A stretch of DNA of 63,261 nucleotides, the filler included, from Squatina squatina (taxonomy: Eukaryota): NCBI GenBank assembly GCA_031763465.1. It is 4 parts of 4 records of this genome, joined end to end, with 100 filler letters (N's around TTAATTAATTAA, not from the genome) between each part and the next. Parts side by side here need not be neighbours in the genome. Positions count along the whole stretch, not along the records: positions 31,685 to 47,602 come from JARFOE010000046.1; positions 47,703 to 63,261 come from JARFOE010000057.1; 2 more parts are not named here. One strand, given 5' to 3'. Positions 39,401 through 52,300 of the stretch are shown here, in pieces. Made by a program: the position numbers and the translations under genes. Under the pieces are notes generated by a model, which did no database searches, was not told the DNA's origin, and saw nothing but the letters and a program-made list of their open reading frames with translations. The first letter of the stretch is position 1. Every line of letters starts with the position of its first letter.

Positions 39401-41782
39401 AGTCGGGGGGTGCAGTTGGATGCAGGGTCTCAGGACTTGCTAGCCAGCATTCCCACTGCCGATCACTATCCAGTGGATCTTTGCTGGAAGGCAAGCGTGT
39501 GGCGGTTGAGCGACAACAGGATTGGGCATGGCCATGATGCTTCCCTGGTCGACACCTGTTGGCGCCCACAGTCCAAGCTTAGACATGACCACTTGGGTAA
39601 GGTACGGAGAGGTAGCCAACACCCATGGATCTGTACCACACAAAGAGGCAACACAGGTTGGTGTTTTACAGTATTGAGTCACCAATTTGGTTCTGAATAT
39701 ATGGCAGTGTTTGTACAAAGTCCACACCAGAATTGCTGATCAAATATCCAGGGGAACAGTGCTTTGGTACAGTTTCAGGTCCGGTCAGTCGAGACTCTCC
39801 CTGATAAGTCGATTTTCCACGTGTGGGGCAGATGCAAACACTGGGTGCTCCTGTTTCCTCCAGTACTCAGGGTGCTACTCCACGAGTCTGCAGGCACTCA
39901 ATGACAGTCTGAATGCTGATGGAACACAGAGCAGCAGGAAGCAAAACCTGACGAGGTTTAGTTGTGGTAGGAGTGCCACAATTAGCCTCAGAACCCTAGC
40001 TGACTTCCAGTAATCTGCACCATGTTGACAATAGATTCCCAGTAATTAGCTGGCTCCATCCTGTCCTTTATGAAAAATGGGAGAAGGGAATCTGGGCCTA
40101 TATTTGAGTGCTGCACATAAGCACTTGCTCTGTGAAATATGGAGGAAATGCATTTTTAGTGTGACGGAAAGCAAGTAAAAGGCAGTTTGACAATTGATTG
40201 ACCAAAAAAACCCACTTCCTAAATGACAAACCTGTTCATCAATGAAGACATTTCTAAATTTAAGAACTTATGAATAAATTAAAGATTTGTTTAAACAGTA
40301 GCAAGTTAATTTCTACAATAATTTGGTTGTTTCTAAATTTTTGGCACCCAAAATGCTCATAACCACAGCAAAATACCGTAACACCAGGCCTTCCCACTGA
40401 GTTTTGTCTTTGTCTCATGCCATGTGATGTATGAGATTGGGCAGAAATATTTTGTGATTAATATTAACAAAGAGCTGAGCCTGTCATGAGCAAGTAATTC
40501 TTTTAAAATAATGCGTGCCTGTGCCAGTTGCAAGCAAGTCACTTGGAAAAGCAGGGAGGCTTCCTCAGTTAAAGGAGATTTTACACTTCATTAAAAGGGA
40601 AAGAGTTGGTCGTAACTAATGCAAGTTTAATGCAGTCTTTCTTGTTAGTGTGATTTATTCCAGTAATTACAGTTCAAATTAAAATGCGCCTTTCAAAGGA
40701 AAAGGGAACCTGCTGGCCAAGATGGTGCCATTAATTGTGGAACAATGCTGCTTGCAGCATTCTTCTCTGAAATATTTATAACCTACAGCCTTCAACACCT
40801 CCGAGTTGAATGAACAAGTTCTATAGGGTTGGCACAACTAAGTTATTCGGTAGCGCAGCAATTTAAAAAAAAACAATATTTCAGCATCTCAGTGTTGCTG
40901 AATATTCTAGTTGTAGCACATGGGTCAAACTCCCCATTAGTTTGTTGTTTGGAGTCATCCCAAGCCTGCCTGTACCCCCTCTGCTGGTTTTGGACCGGTG
41001 AAAAGGTAGCACCACAACCACAACCACAAATCCCATCCTGGGCTTATGGACCACTTTTTTTTGTTGTCATTTTTGTTCTCGCCCTCCCTTCGCGCCCCCC
41101 TCCCCACCCCAGCCGGCAGTCTTGCAGTCTACATGTAACCATTCCAGTGAGGTTGGTGGACAGACACCCTACTCTGAAANNNNNNNNNNNNNNNNNNNNN
41201 NNNNNNNNNNNNNNNNNNNNNNNNNNNNNNNNNNNNNNNNNNNNNNNNNNNNNNNNNNNNNNNNNNNNNNNNNNNNNNNCCCCCATTGTATCAGTGCTTT
41301 GAGATTCTTTCCACCCCCGTCACCCACCCCTGTACTTTTATTATTTGCAGTTATGTCCCAACTGTCAAACAAAAAATACTGGAAATGGATTAATTCATCA
41401 GCACCCGCAAGAGAATTTGGCTCATGATTTGAGTCCGTAGCTTTCATCAGGACTCTCGAACCGAATCTTTTATCCTAGTTTTTAAAAATTGAATCCAACA
41501 AAGCAGGCAGGCTTTGTACGGTAATTGTACGATACAGATTTTGTTACTTGCAGACATATGCATTCTGGGCAATTTGTTATCCCTGAGTCATATGTTTTTT
41601 TGAAAGGGCTGGATTTGTAGTGGTTCCAGTCCCATACACAGCCTGTACCTCACTCCCCTGGAATGATAAATGTCCCACATTTGGATTGCCCACACGTTTA
41701 TCGTGGGGGTGTCGTGTACGGCACGGTCTGTAGGATGTGTATTTCTTGCCATAAGCAATGTGAACTGGGCGAGTATGTGAAC

Positions 41783-42325
41783 AAAAACTGAAAATGTTGG
41801 AAATACTCAGCAGGTCAGGCAGCATCTGTGAAGAGAGAAAGAGTTCAGGTCGATTACTTTTTGTCAGAATTGAAAAATGTTTGTGATAGAACAGGTTTTA
41901 AGTAAGTGTTGGAGCAGGGAAATGGCGGGAGGAGAGGAAAGAACAAAAGGGAAGGTCTCTGATAGGTTACGAGGCAGGAGAGATTACAACATAAAAGGAA
42001 TGATGGTGCGAGGCAAAAGGAATGGTACAGGGAAAGGAATAAAAGGGTCTGGAGGAGATGTAAATGGGAATAGCAGAACCATCAATAGCTGCCGTCCGAA
42101 TAAATGGGGGCAGAGGTTATGATATGAAATTGTTGAACTTGATGTCAAGTTCGGAAGGCTGTGAAGTGCCTACTTGAAAGATGAGATGCTGTTTTTCGAG
42201 CTTACGTTGACCTTCATTGGAACAGTCCAGGAGGCCGAAGACGGGGGTCAGGGTGGAAGTGAAGCTGAGCATTAAAGTGAACAGCCAACTCGAAGCTCAG
42301 GGTCAGGCTTGCGGACTGAACGGAG
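41783..42325 (-). mobile_element. Penelope-like element, 3' part (degenerate)
   Basis: Minus-strand LLDCSNEGQRKLEKQHLIFQVGTSQPSELDIKFNNF. Shares the tail (cagcaggtcaggcagcatctg) with 17588-17956. Confidence 0.75.
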
Positions 42326-43170
42326 TCTCTTCGGAGTATGTGAAAATTCTTTTCCTGTTTCTCTTGCCAATTTCTCTGCCAGCTCTTTCTCCCCCTCCTG
42401 AGCGGACTAACCTCTTGCACTCCAATTGCACTCCAGGAACTCTCTTTCAAGTGGCCATTTTTCATGTTTTGAGTGTGAGTCAGCTGTTCAGTCACAGCTG
42501 ACGCTTGCCCATTTGTTGCTGGTGAAATTGTACACATTTATAACAAGGAACAGCAGAAGCTCCGGATTGTCTTCCCCTGCCTGCACCCAGGGATGTCAAC
42601 GAGGGTTGCTGTATAATCCTAGACTATTTTTCCCCAACTAAATACTGGAGCTCGGAGGCCAGTCACGGCATCTCGCGAGTTGCTCAGGCTGAATCCAGCG
42701 AATTTTCTCAGACAAGAGGTTTGGTAACTTGGTTAATGTTGCATGAGCCATGGGGGTGGGGGCCCTCACTCTTTGAAGCAAGGCAAGTTGGAATGGAATG
42801 GGATGGGATCTGTAAGGGTGGGGGAGGGCGGTGGTGGTAGTCATGGCCGGGCATACAGGGGTCGGTGCGCGATCTAGTGACATTGTGCATCCGACCCCAG
42901 TGGCAATGGCGTCCCCAGCGACGAGGCCTAAGCACCGCCAGGCCACCAAGCCCAATAAGGGAAATCGTGATTTTTTTTCCCAGTTCTACGCTGCTTTCGC
43001 ACCCGTGTAGCGACGCTGATTGGCGCTACCCGGGCGTGAGGGTACACCAATTGGGGCCCCTTAATGTTTTGTGAGATCTGTGAAGCTCCCTGCATCCTGC
43101 TTCAAGTAAGTAATAACAACTTATCTTTATATATTAATCGCCCTAAAATGTTCCACTCTTGTATTCTCAG

Positions 43171-43257
43171 ATGACTTTTTCTCATGTGAAATTTGTGGGA
43201 AGAAGTACAAATACAAGTCTAGTTTCTGGAAACACATTGAAGACCATAAAAACTATG
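43171..43257 (+). CDS. ZNF618: Single C2H2 zinc-finger exon, ZNF618-type (phase 1-1, 87 bp)
   Basis: ttctcag acceptor and gttagt donor. Encodes DFFSCEICGKKYKYKSSFWKHIEDHKNY. The CxICGKKYKY signature is typical of ZNF618 fingers, and the exon is in the same record as the ZNF618 terminal exon. Confidence 0.75.
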
Positions 43258-45309
43258 GTTAGTACGGCAAACTTGGAAGTCTGAAGGAGGCAGATAGTGT
43301 TGGCAAGTTTAAGAGGGAGCTGGATAATTTTTTGGTAAAGGAAGGATTAAGAGGTTGATACAATATAATGCAATATTTTTTGAACTTTGCATCTGGCCAA
43401 ATGGACTTTTATGAAATTACTTTCTGGCATTTTGGAAAGATAGTTCAACAGATTTTGAGATTATTTAACTTAAAAAAAAACTAACATTTCACCTTTGTGT
43501 ACAAACATGTCTTTGGAGGGAGAAAGCAAAAATATTGTGGGAGCGCTGGTGGAAGCTCCTCCCACACAGTTTGTCTCCTGATTGACATTGCCTCAAATGC
43601 TGTGTGAGGTAGCAGAAATTTTCACTATGGCAGTAGAGATGATTGCCAAGATCTGCTGACTTTTAAACTTCTCTCCAAGGATGACTTTATTGCTGATTAA
43701 GGATTTGGATCAGACAAGCCTGTAGACTATAATTCACATGATTTATTTTATCGTTAGTCTTATCAAAGATTTCACAGTTTTTGCCAAATGCCTTCAAAGA
43801 TCACAATTGTCCTATGGCAAAGGGAAACTGTTTCATTTAAGTTTTCAATGTTTTCTCCAACAACTAGTGGCTGAGAGCTGGATATTTTGAAAGTCCATGT
43901 TGATGTCAAGGTAAAAACAAAATGTTTGAAAAACAAATTCCCCACTTTTAGCTTTATCATTGTCACACAAGAGTGTAAATGTATATCTCTCTCTTAGGCA
44001 GTCCTTCGANNNNNNNNNNNNNNNNNNNNNNNNNNNNNNNNNNNNNNNNNNNNNNNNNNNNNNNNNNNNNNNNNNNNNNNNNNNNNNNNNNNNNNNNNNN
44101 NNNNNNNNNGCCTTGTTATCTGACACTGACCTGTAAAAGTGTGGAGCAGGCTCGAGGGGCTGAATGGCCTACTCTTGCTCCAATTTCTTATGGCTCCTGG
44201 GGGTAGAGAACCATTTTGTAAATTATGAAACTCCGTTTTAATTTTTTAAAAACTGACTTTAGTAGAGATAAACCAATGTATGGTGGATGTATGCTGGTCA
44301 TCCATTAGTTTCTATTGGTTTTGATACTGGCTTCTATGTGGATTCAAGAGTCAGGTACATTGTACAAAAATGGGGAGTGGGAGAGGAATTGCTCCTATGC
44401 TGGTTTATGTTTTTGGTCAGTTGTTGTGTTTTGTATTCAAGATTTTAAAGTCACTTTTGTTACAGCATTGTCTCACTATGTATTTTTGGATTGTTGTATG
44501 TTAATATTTGGCTTTTTAGTATATGGCTTTNNNNNNNNNNCCAATGTCCCTCATATGTCTCAAAAGGAGCTACTTTTGTGCAACCTTTTTGTTCAATACA
44601 TTTAGCAAATCATCTAGTTGAACTGATAAATATTTAATATTAAATTCTAATCAAGTTCCACTAATTTGGACATCAAATTTCATAGTCTGGGAACTTGCTA
44701 TTCAGAGAACATGACATTTTAATTATATAAATGACCGTCAGATAACCACTTTTGAAATAGTAGACATATCTCATATAGAAGATAATAGCTCCATTGACTT
44801 TGACAAGTAATATACAACAGCACCATCTGCATACATTGCAATTTTAGACAACTGCCTATGTTAAAGATGGCCATCAATATAAAGCCAGGAGAGCACAGGC
44901 TGAGTGTAGAACCATGAAGGACTCAAACTTTGGCTGGGAATCAATTTTCTCGTGTCTTATTAACTGTCGTCATTTTAACAGTTAAGATTGGAACAATTTT
45001 CTTCTTTGCGCATTTGGTACATAGAAACAGGGTNNNNNNNNNNNNNNNNNNNNNNNNNNNNNNNNNNACACAGATTTGACCCTGCTGGTTGCTGGAAGCA
45101 CAAAATGGACAAGCCACAGATTTCCCATAGCCTAATGCATGCTCCAATCTTGACATGATGACTTCAATTAAAATGTGAAATTAGCCAATTTGTTGCAAAT
45201 TGTGCAACCAATAGTACTCAAGTCATTAGTCCAGGAAAACACTTTCTCTGACTATTTATTTAGATTAATAGCAACATGGCCCAAAAAGCAGTTGCAGTCC
45301 ATCCTGTTA

Positions 45310-45395
45310 TTACCTCAGCACAGACCAGGGATCAAATCTGGGGCATTCCTGGTCTGTATGGCCCAGCCACTCACTGGATAAACTCAGTAAGCCGT
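45310..45395 (-). mobile_element. tRNA-derived SINE head just downstream of the ZNF618 stop
   Basis: Reverse complement resembles 39290-39400 (ccatacagaccaggaatgcccc..gatccctggtctgtgctgag). Confidence 0.45.
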
Positions 45396-45558
45396 CAGGG
45401 GCAGCTCATCCATATTGTCTTAACAAATACAGCGTGGTCGGACCACAGAAATAAGACTCAAAAATTATCACAGTAAGAAAATGTTATGTAATAAAACTGA
45501 CTTCACCACCTGGGTTTAGTTCCGCTTTAAAGCACCAATGTCTCCGACAGAGAGGCAG

Positions 45559-47075
45559 CTACTGCAAGTTTGATCTCAAAAACATTAGTTTGTTCACCAC
45601 CTCAGGTGTCAGCTGCCTTTTTTGCTTTCCTGAAAATGTCTCACCAAAATTATTCATACAGTCACTTCTTGCACCAACAGCTGGCACAGCCAAAAGCCAA
45701 AAGGCAAGTTTGGCTAACTTAGGATGCTTTTGAGTGGCATTCGACCAGTAACTGAACAGATCTACGGTTTTATTGGGCACAGGTTCCTTTAAATATTGAA
45801 ATACTTCATCTTTTCGCATATCCTGATTCACCTCTTTGTTTGATGATGTTTTCGGGTTTTCATTAATCCCACACACTTTCTTTCTTGCAGGTTCAAATTC
45901 AATGACATCTTCGCAAGACTGCCCAATATCTGAAANNNNNNNNNNNNNNNNNNNNNNNNNNNNNNNNNNNNNNNNNNNNNNNNNNNNNNNNNNNNNNNNN
46001 NNNNNNNNNNNNNNNNNNNNNNNNNNNNNNNNNNNNNNNNNNNNNNNNNNNNNNNNNNNNNNNNNNNNNNNNNNNNNNNNNNNNNNNNNNNNNNNNNNNN
46101 NNNNNNNNNNNNNNNNNNNNNNNNNNNNNNNNNNNNNNNNNNNNNNNNNNNNNNNNNNNNNNNNNNNNNNNNNNNNNNNNNNNNNNNNNNNNNNNNNNNN
46201 NNNNNNNNNNNNNNNNNNNNNNNNNNNNNNNNNNNNNNNNNNNNNNNNNNNNNNNNNNNNNNNNNNNNNNNNNNNNNNNNNNNNNNNNNNNNNNNNNNNN
46301 NNNNNNNNNNNNNNNNNNNNNNNNNNNNNNNNNNNNNNNNNNNNNNNNNNNNNNNNNNNNNNNNNNNNNNNNNNNNNNNNNNNNNNNNNNGATAACTCTG
46401 GAGTGACGGTACCTTGTTCCAAAGAACTCATTAACTGTATGCAGTTACTCACAAGTTCGGTAACTTCTGGCATGTTTTGTGCCTGCAATGTCCTTTCGTT
46501 AAGTACACTCCTTACTGTTGAGTTCAATGCACAAGCTGAACATCGTAGACACATTCCTGCTTTCAACAGTGCAGCTGAACTGACTTTACTGTCCGTAACG
46601 TAAATTGTTCGCATCTCTGACATGACAAATTCTGAAAGGACATTCAGTACCCACTGGTGAACCTGTTCACCAGTTTCTTTGCCATCCACTTCTTTGATGC
46701 CTAGAACATATCTCTTCATTTGCAATCCCTCTACTTGATGTGCTGTTAGAATGTAGTACGACTCCGAGCCAACATTCTGACAATGACAGGTGACACCTAT
46801 CCCCCAGCACGCATTGCTTCCAAGTGCACATGTAACTTTTACCTTCACCTGGTTGTACATTCTGGGCAGATGTTTCAGAGCAAGTGTATTCATATCCCCA
46901 AGGACGTCACCTACAGGAAAGGATCCATAACGTGCACCAATATCAACAAGCGTCTGAGCAAGTTTGACAAAGTCTTTCCCATTTATAACAGTCAGTGCTT
47001 TCAGATCAGCACACATCACTCTGAGCAACTTTTCAGCAACATGTTGCCGTTCTTTTTCAAGGACTGAGCTATTCA
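45559..47075 (-). CDS. ZNF618: ZNF618 large terminal exon, domesticated hAT-transposase-like domain (interrupted by an N gap)
   Basis: Minus-strand acceptor ttttgcag ends at 47076. EKERQHVAEKLLRVMCADL...LPRMYNQVKVKVTCALGSNAC...CLRCSACALNS and the hAT dimerization-like end YWSNATQKHPKLAKLAFWLLAVPAVGARS...NKLMFLRSNLQ* match recalled ZNF618. Confidence 0.92.
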
Positions 47076-47646
47076 CTGCAAAATGAAAATAAGTCATTAA
47101 GCAAACAACTGCAATTCATAGATATAAAGATTCTTCCCACCAAACTGGCAACTTTACAATCTGGAAATTACTACAGTAACACTATGATGAATAATTCATG
47201 TGATGAAACCTGCTAGGTTTCCATTATTAACTGATAATACGCTCTTTGAAGAATGCACTACTGAAAAGACATCGATGATGTGTATTTTACTACATGCCCA
47301 AAGGACTGTCTCTAACAACAATAAGGTTTTGAGACTTTTAAGATCAATTTCATTAGAGGACAATGTAACATGACATAGAATTATAGTGGTGAAACAATAA
47401 TTAGGATTGTTACAATAGTAGGAAGGAAGTGGACACCAAATAGCCCTAACACCGATTTATTACAAAAGGTACTAGTTGGTGAAGTACGGTGTAAAAGATC
47501 AATTATTTTGAGTTCTCAGCTTTTCATAGTTTTGAAAATAATGTACACTGCATTCAGGGGGCATTGAGTTGGAATTGAAAACAGCGCTTCCTGAATTGCT
47601 GGNNNNNNNNNNNNNNNNNNNNNNNNNNNNNNNNNNNNNNNNNNNN

Positions 47647-47658
47647 TTAATTAATTAA
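47647..47658. other. Artificial six-frame-stop linker between records
   Basis: TTAATTAATTAA embedded in N runs. Confidence 0.95.
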
Positions 47659-49065
47659 NNNNNNNNNNNNNNNNNNNNNNNNNNNNNNNNNNNNNNNNNN
47701 NNACTTAAGATCAAACCCTCCCTTCCCCGTCCTGTGTCTTCCATGAGGATGTGGCAGTTATGGCTATGAATATCTTCACAGCTGCTGTCAATGCCTCTGG
47801 GGAATGTAAAATAAGAGAAATAGAGATGGAAAAATGCCACTTCCCCTTCCCCTGCAATGGAATACTACACCTCTGAGAAGCACCTCCCCAAGTGGTTCAG
47901 CTGAGAAGAAATCAGAATCAGCCCTGGGGGCACACAAGGTTCAAGTATCAGGCCGAATCGAGACTTGAACCCACAACATCCTGGGCAGGGAGTCAAGTAC
48001 CAACTGCCTGAGGTGCCAGGCCATATCACAGGACATTTCTTAACTTCCTTTGTTCTTGGAATTAACTTAAAAACAAAAGCTCTGAAATATGTTTTCAATA
48101 TAACTTACATATGGTTCTCTTTTGAACTGTATATTGTGAACAAAACAAATATTTTAATAAAGTGAGCACCAAAATCTCTATGCTTGTTAACATTATTCCA
48201 AAATACAGATCAAAAATTGTCATTTTTAAAGCAGTAATGATTTGGAAACATGACCTTTCAACTCTTCATTGTATAGTATTTCTTAACTTTCAAAATTTCT
48301 GCATGTAGTTTCAATACGAACAAGCAAAGTATTCAATGGCCTGCTGTTAAGTACAAAGACCTGCTTGAGGTGGCGTGCAGATAGCAAGCCTGAGTTATAT
48401 TGCTGGCTCTAATTCACTCTCTTGTCCAGGAAAATAGAGCTCGTCTTAGCCCAATGATGGTTATATTTTAATGCTAAGTAAGAGCCAATGGGAGAGTTGA
48501 GTCTGCTAACATTGAAAGAATTAAGTATAATGTTTAAAAAAGTTTCCAGATCCTTCAATGCACCAATATAACTGGTTTACAATGTGTAACAGGTGATGAC
48601 CGATTGCTATCTACACAATAACAGGGTGGCCAAACAGCAGCTCTGTGGAGTGTTGTACTTTCCTCACAGTATAATTAGCTGTGCTTTACGCAATATCAGA
48701 AGCATGATATAAAAGCTAAGTGAAATCTAGCAGCTTGTTACCAGGACTTCTAATGGACACTGGCTGCTGGCTTCATGTTGCAGTTATCTAAATGTGTGCT
48801 TTTTTAAGTGCTGTCACTTGCCAAAGGTGCTGAAGTCAAGGCTAACACTGTGGCACCAATTTGCTGGGAGTCTTCATTTTTATCATAAGTAGAGCAGGGA
48901 AAATAGAAAGCAAGTGGCTGTTGATGGGGAAAACAATCTCTCCTTTACTGCATAAACTATCCATGGGGTGTTTATCGAGGTTTGCTGCCCATAATGTAAT
49001 GTTCATGAGCATAATAGATAGAAATTATGGAATTTTTTAAGATACCAACTAGTTTCACCAAGAAT

Positions 49066-49390
49066 ACTTCTTCTTAGGCAGTCCTTCAGGGTTGAGGATG
49101 ACTTGCTTTCACTCCAGTATTGTGGGTTCTGAGGTAACTAATGAGTCCTATACAGGATCCATAAACTCTGCCACAGGTGGGGCAGCTGGTGTTTGATGGT
49201 GCGAGTGGGTGGGATGCTTGGATTGTTGCATGCTCCTTCCGCTTTTTGTGCTTGGCCTCCACGTGCCCCCATCGAAGAAGCTCAAAGTGATCGGTGCCTT
49301 CACGGATGCTTCTCCGCCAGTTTGGGCGGTCTTGAGCCAGGGATTCCAATGTGTTTTCAGGGCGGCTTTGAGGACATCTTTGTAGCATTT
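49066..49390 (-). mobile_element. RTE-clade LINE 3' end
   Basis: Minus ORF ESLAQDRPNWRRSIREG...CPTCGRVYGSCIGLISYLRTH (C-terminal zinc finger) and a (GAA)n tail. The same terminus occurs at about 43990-44009. Confidence 0.8.
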
Positions 49391-52300
49391 TCTCTACACC
49401 AAGATTAATAAGCCCATTAAAAAGCAACTTCCAATTAATTCAGTCATAATGGCTCCTAATTATAGCACCATAATATGCAAAAAAGTCTGTTCAGAATTTT
49501 AAAAAAATCAGCAAAACTAAAGTCTCCTGCGCTACATTGTGAAACTTGATATGAAATGGAATTCTGTCTGTAACTGCTGCACACCAACCCNNNNNNNNNN
49601 NNNNNNNNNNNNNNNNNNNNNNNNNNNNNNNNNNNNNNNNNNNNNNNNNNNNNNNNNNNNNNNNNNNNNNNNNNNNNNNNNNNNNNNNNNGTTTGTTCTT
49701 CAAAAGAGCTGAACTATTCTGTGCTGTACTATTCTACAACACTCCATCCCATATCCATGAAGCTCCCCACTGGAGTCGATCTAATTTAAAAGAACAAGTG
49801 GGAAACCTGTTCCCAAGCCAGTGCTCCAGCAGGCTGCTCAAAGGGGCACACAGCAGCCCAGAAGTTATGCTCCCTTCAATTTTCCCTCCCTCAGCAAGGC
49901 AACAGAGAGCAGCAACTCAGCAGAATGGAGAATCAAATCTCAGCACGATACTGCTCCAAATGCACCATCTTGTTCCTACATTATCCTCAAGAATTTACAC
50001 TAGTATGGACCTTGAACCCTTTAAATCAAGTTAAACAGCTACAGAACAAGGATGCCTGTGTGGGGACATCAAACAACCACACCAATCTCCCTTATTGCCT
50101 TAGGACAGATGAAATAGATTGAATTTGTAGCTGAAAAGATGAGCGTTCATATACAATACCAAACTGCAGAGTTCACACTGCCAAGTTTTTTTTCCAGGTT
50201 GAGTCTATACTTGCTTCATGCTAGTGCAAACTTGGCAGTGTAAGTGAAGGCTTAGATTGTGAATGATATGGTGTACATTTATTATAGGTTATTAACACAT
50301 CAGCACATGTTTAGCACATGGTGAAGTGCTACACTTGATAACAAGTTGCTAGCACCTATAAAAGGCATAGCTTTGAGCTCATTTTCAATATGATATTGCT
50401 TTTGCTTAGCATGCATTTTCCAAGCCTCTGTTCATAGAAATTTAGAAACATAGAAATTTGCAGCGCAGAAGGAGACCATTCGACCCATTGTGTCTGTGCC
50501 AGTTGTAGTCACAGTAATGAAAGAACGTGAGCCAAACCATATTCTTATCCTACATTCACAGCAAATCCAAACATTTATCTATCGCAATCCATAATCTCAA
50601 ATATATTTTACCATTTGGAGTTATCTTCTAAATTGTAAATAAAATGCAAAGAATGTAACTGAGACTAACTTTTTATGCACTGCATAAACATTAGAAACAT
50701 CAAAGACAATATCATCAAAGAGGTCTGACTTGCAAAAAAATCACAGCACAAATTCTTGGGCATGTTCTGCACACGTGTTTGCTGCATGCCAGAAGCTTCA
50801 GTGTGATCAAATTCAGTGGGCATTGTTACCTGTTGAGAGTGACATGGGCTGACAGTGCAACTTTTGCTGGCAGTTGCAGCTTACTGCCTGGCCAAGAAAA
50901 ACGGAGTTCTGCACATACACGCTGATTAGCAATGTGAATGTTAGCAGAGCAAAATTATCTTGTCAGCCCTCTGTTAACATTAAAAAAAATTAAACTGTGG
51001 AGCGAGCCTTTGGCACAGTGATAGTATTCCCATCTCTGGGCCAGAAGGTGCAGCAGTTCAAAACCCACTCCAGACAGTCCCAGTGAGTGGAGTTGGAACT
51101 CTGGCTTTGAAATCTGGTTTAATGCCCAGTGGGATACTCACACCCTGTGGGTGCACCCCCCCCCCTGTGCCACACCTTGCCATTGATTGGGTTGTTGGAG
51201 CCCATAAAACCCTCACGCCGTATAGGACTAACCATCCTATCANNNNNNNNNNNNNNNNNNNNNNNNNNNNNNNNNNNNNNNNNNNNNNNNNNNNNNNNNN
51301 NNNNNNNNNNNNNNNNNNNNNNNNNNNNNNNNNNNNNNNNNNATCTGTGAATTCACACAGGGAGATCATTCAGTATTAAAACTCGACTTTGTTTACTGGT
51401 GAGAATCTATTTTTATTTTCTCTTCTGTACAACGGCAATCAGTGAAAATGTTGACTTGATTAAAACATTTTTAGACAGTGACATTTTTCACAACGTTCTG
51501 CACTGAATTATGTTGGCAAATAGAAAGTCAGCCTGAACACGTGGCAAAGTTTTCAAAGCAACACCTGGAAGTAAATATTAAATAAAATGTTACCTTGAAG
51601 GATAACATGGTCAGTACAAAAGAAGTTAATTTGAAATGGTTGCTTGTGAAATTGATAATATATTCTTGAGAAATGTCTTTTTTTAAATAAAAACCGTACA
51701 CTGGCAATGTTTCCCCTCACTCCCGTCATACTCTGCTGAACTGCTCAGTGACTCACTAGTGTCATAATCAGCTAAGCACATGAAAATTAATATAGCACTA
51801 TTACCCTTAGCCAGCAGTCCAACTCCACAGAACAAAGTATGACCAAAAATAAATGTTACTGCTATAAATGTCAGCCTCCCTGCCCTGCATATATTCTATT
51901 TAATGCATTGGCAACTGGAGAAGTTATAATACATAGAACCACAACTTGTGTGGTCTGAGATGTGTTTTTTTTCCCCTCACAGGTAAGATTTCACCTGTAT
52001 TCCGAACCAGTCAGTACAATGGCAGCTGCCTGCTTAAACTGGACTTAGTTGCGTGCCAATGTGTATCAGGTATACAGACAAAACAAAAAAACAAACAAAT
52101 AGGGAGAAAGATGTCAAATAGTCCTTTTTCTTTGCTAATGCTCTTTAAGTTGGACAAATCTTGCTGAATCAATTATGCATTCTAGAATTGGGTCCTGTCA
52201 TATTGGTCTTGCAATTAATTACCAAATTTAAAATTAGACTTGCCAATATTTTTGCATAATGTAACCTCACAGATTCACTTTATTCTTGGTCCACTAGAAT

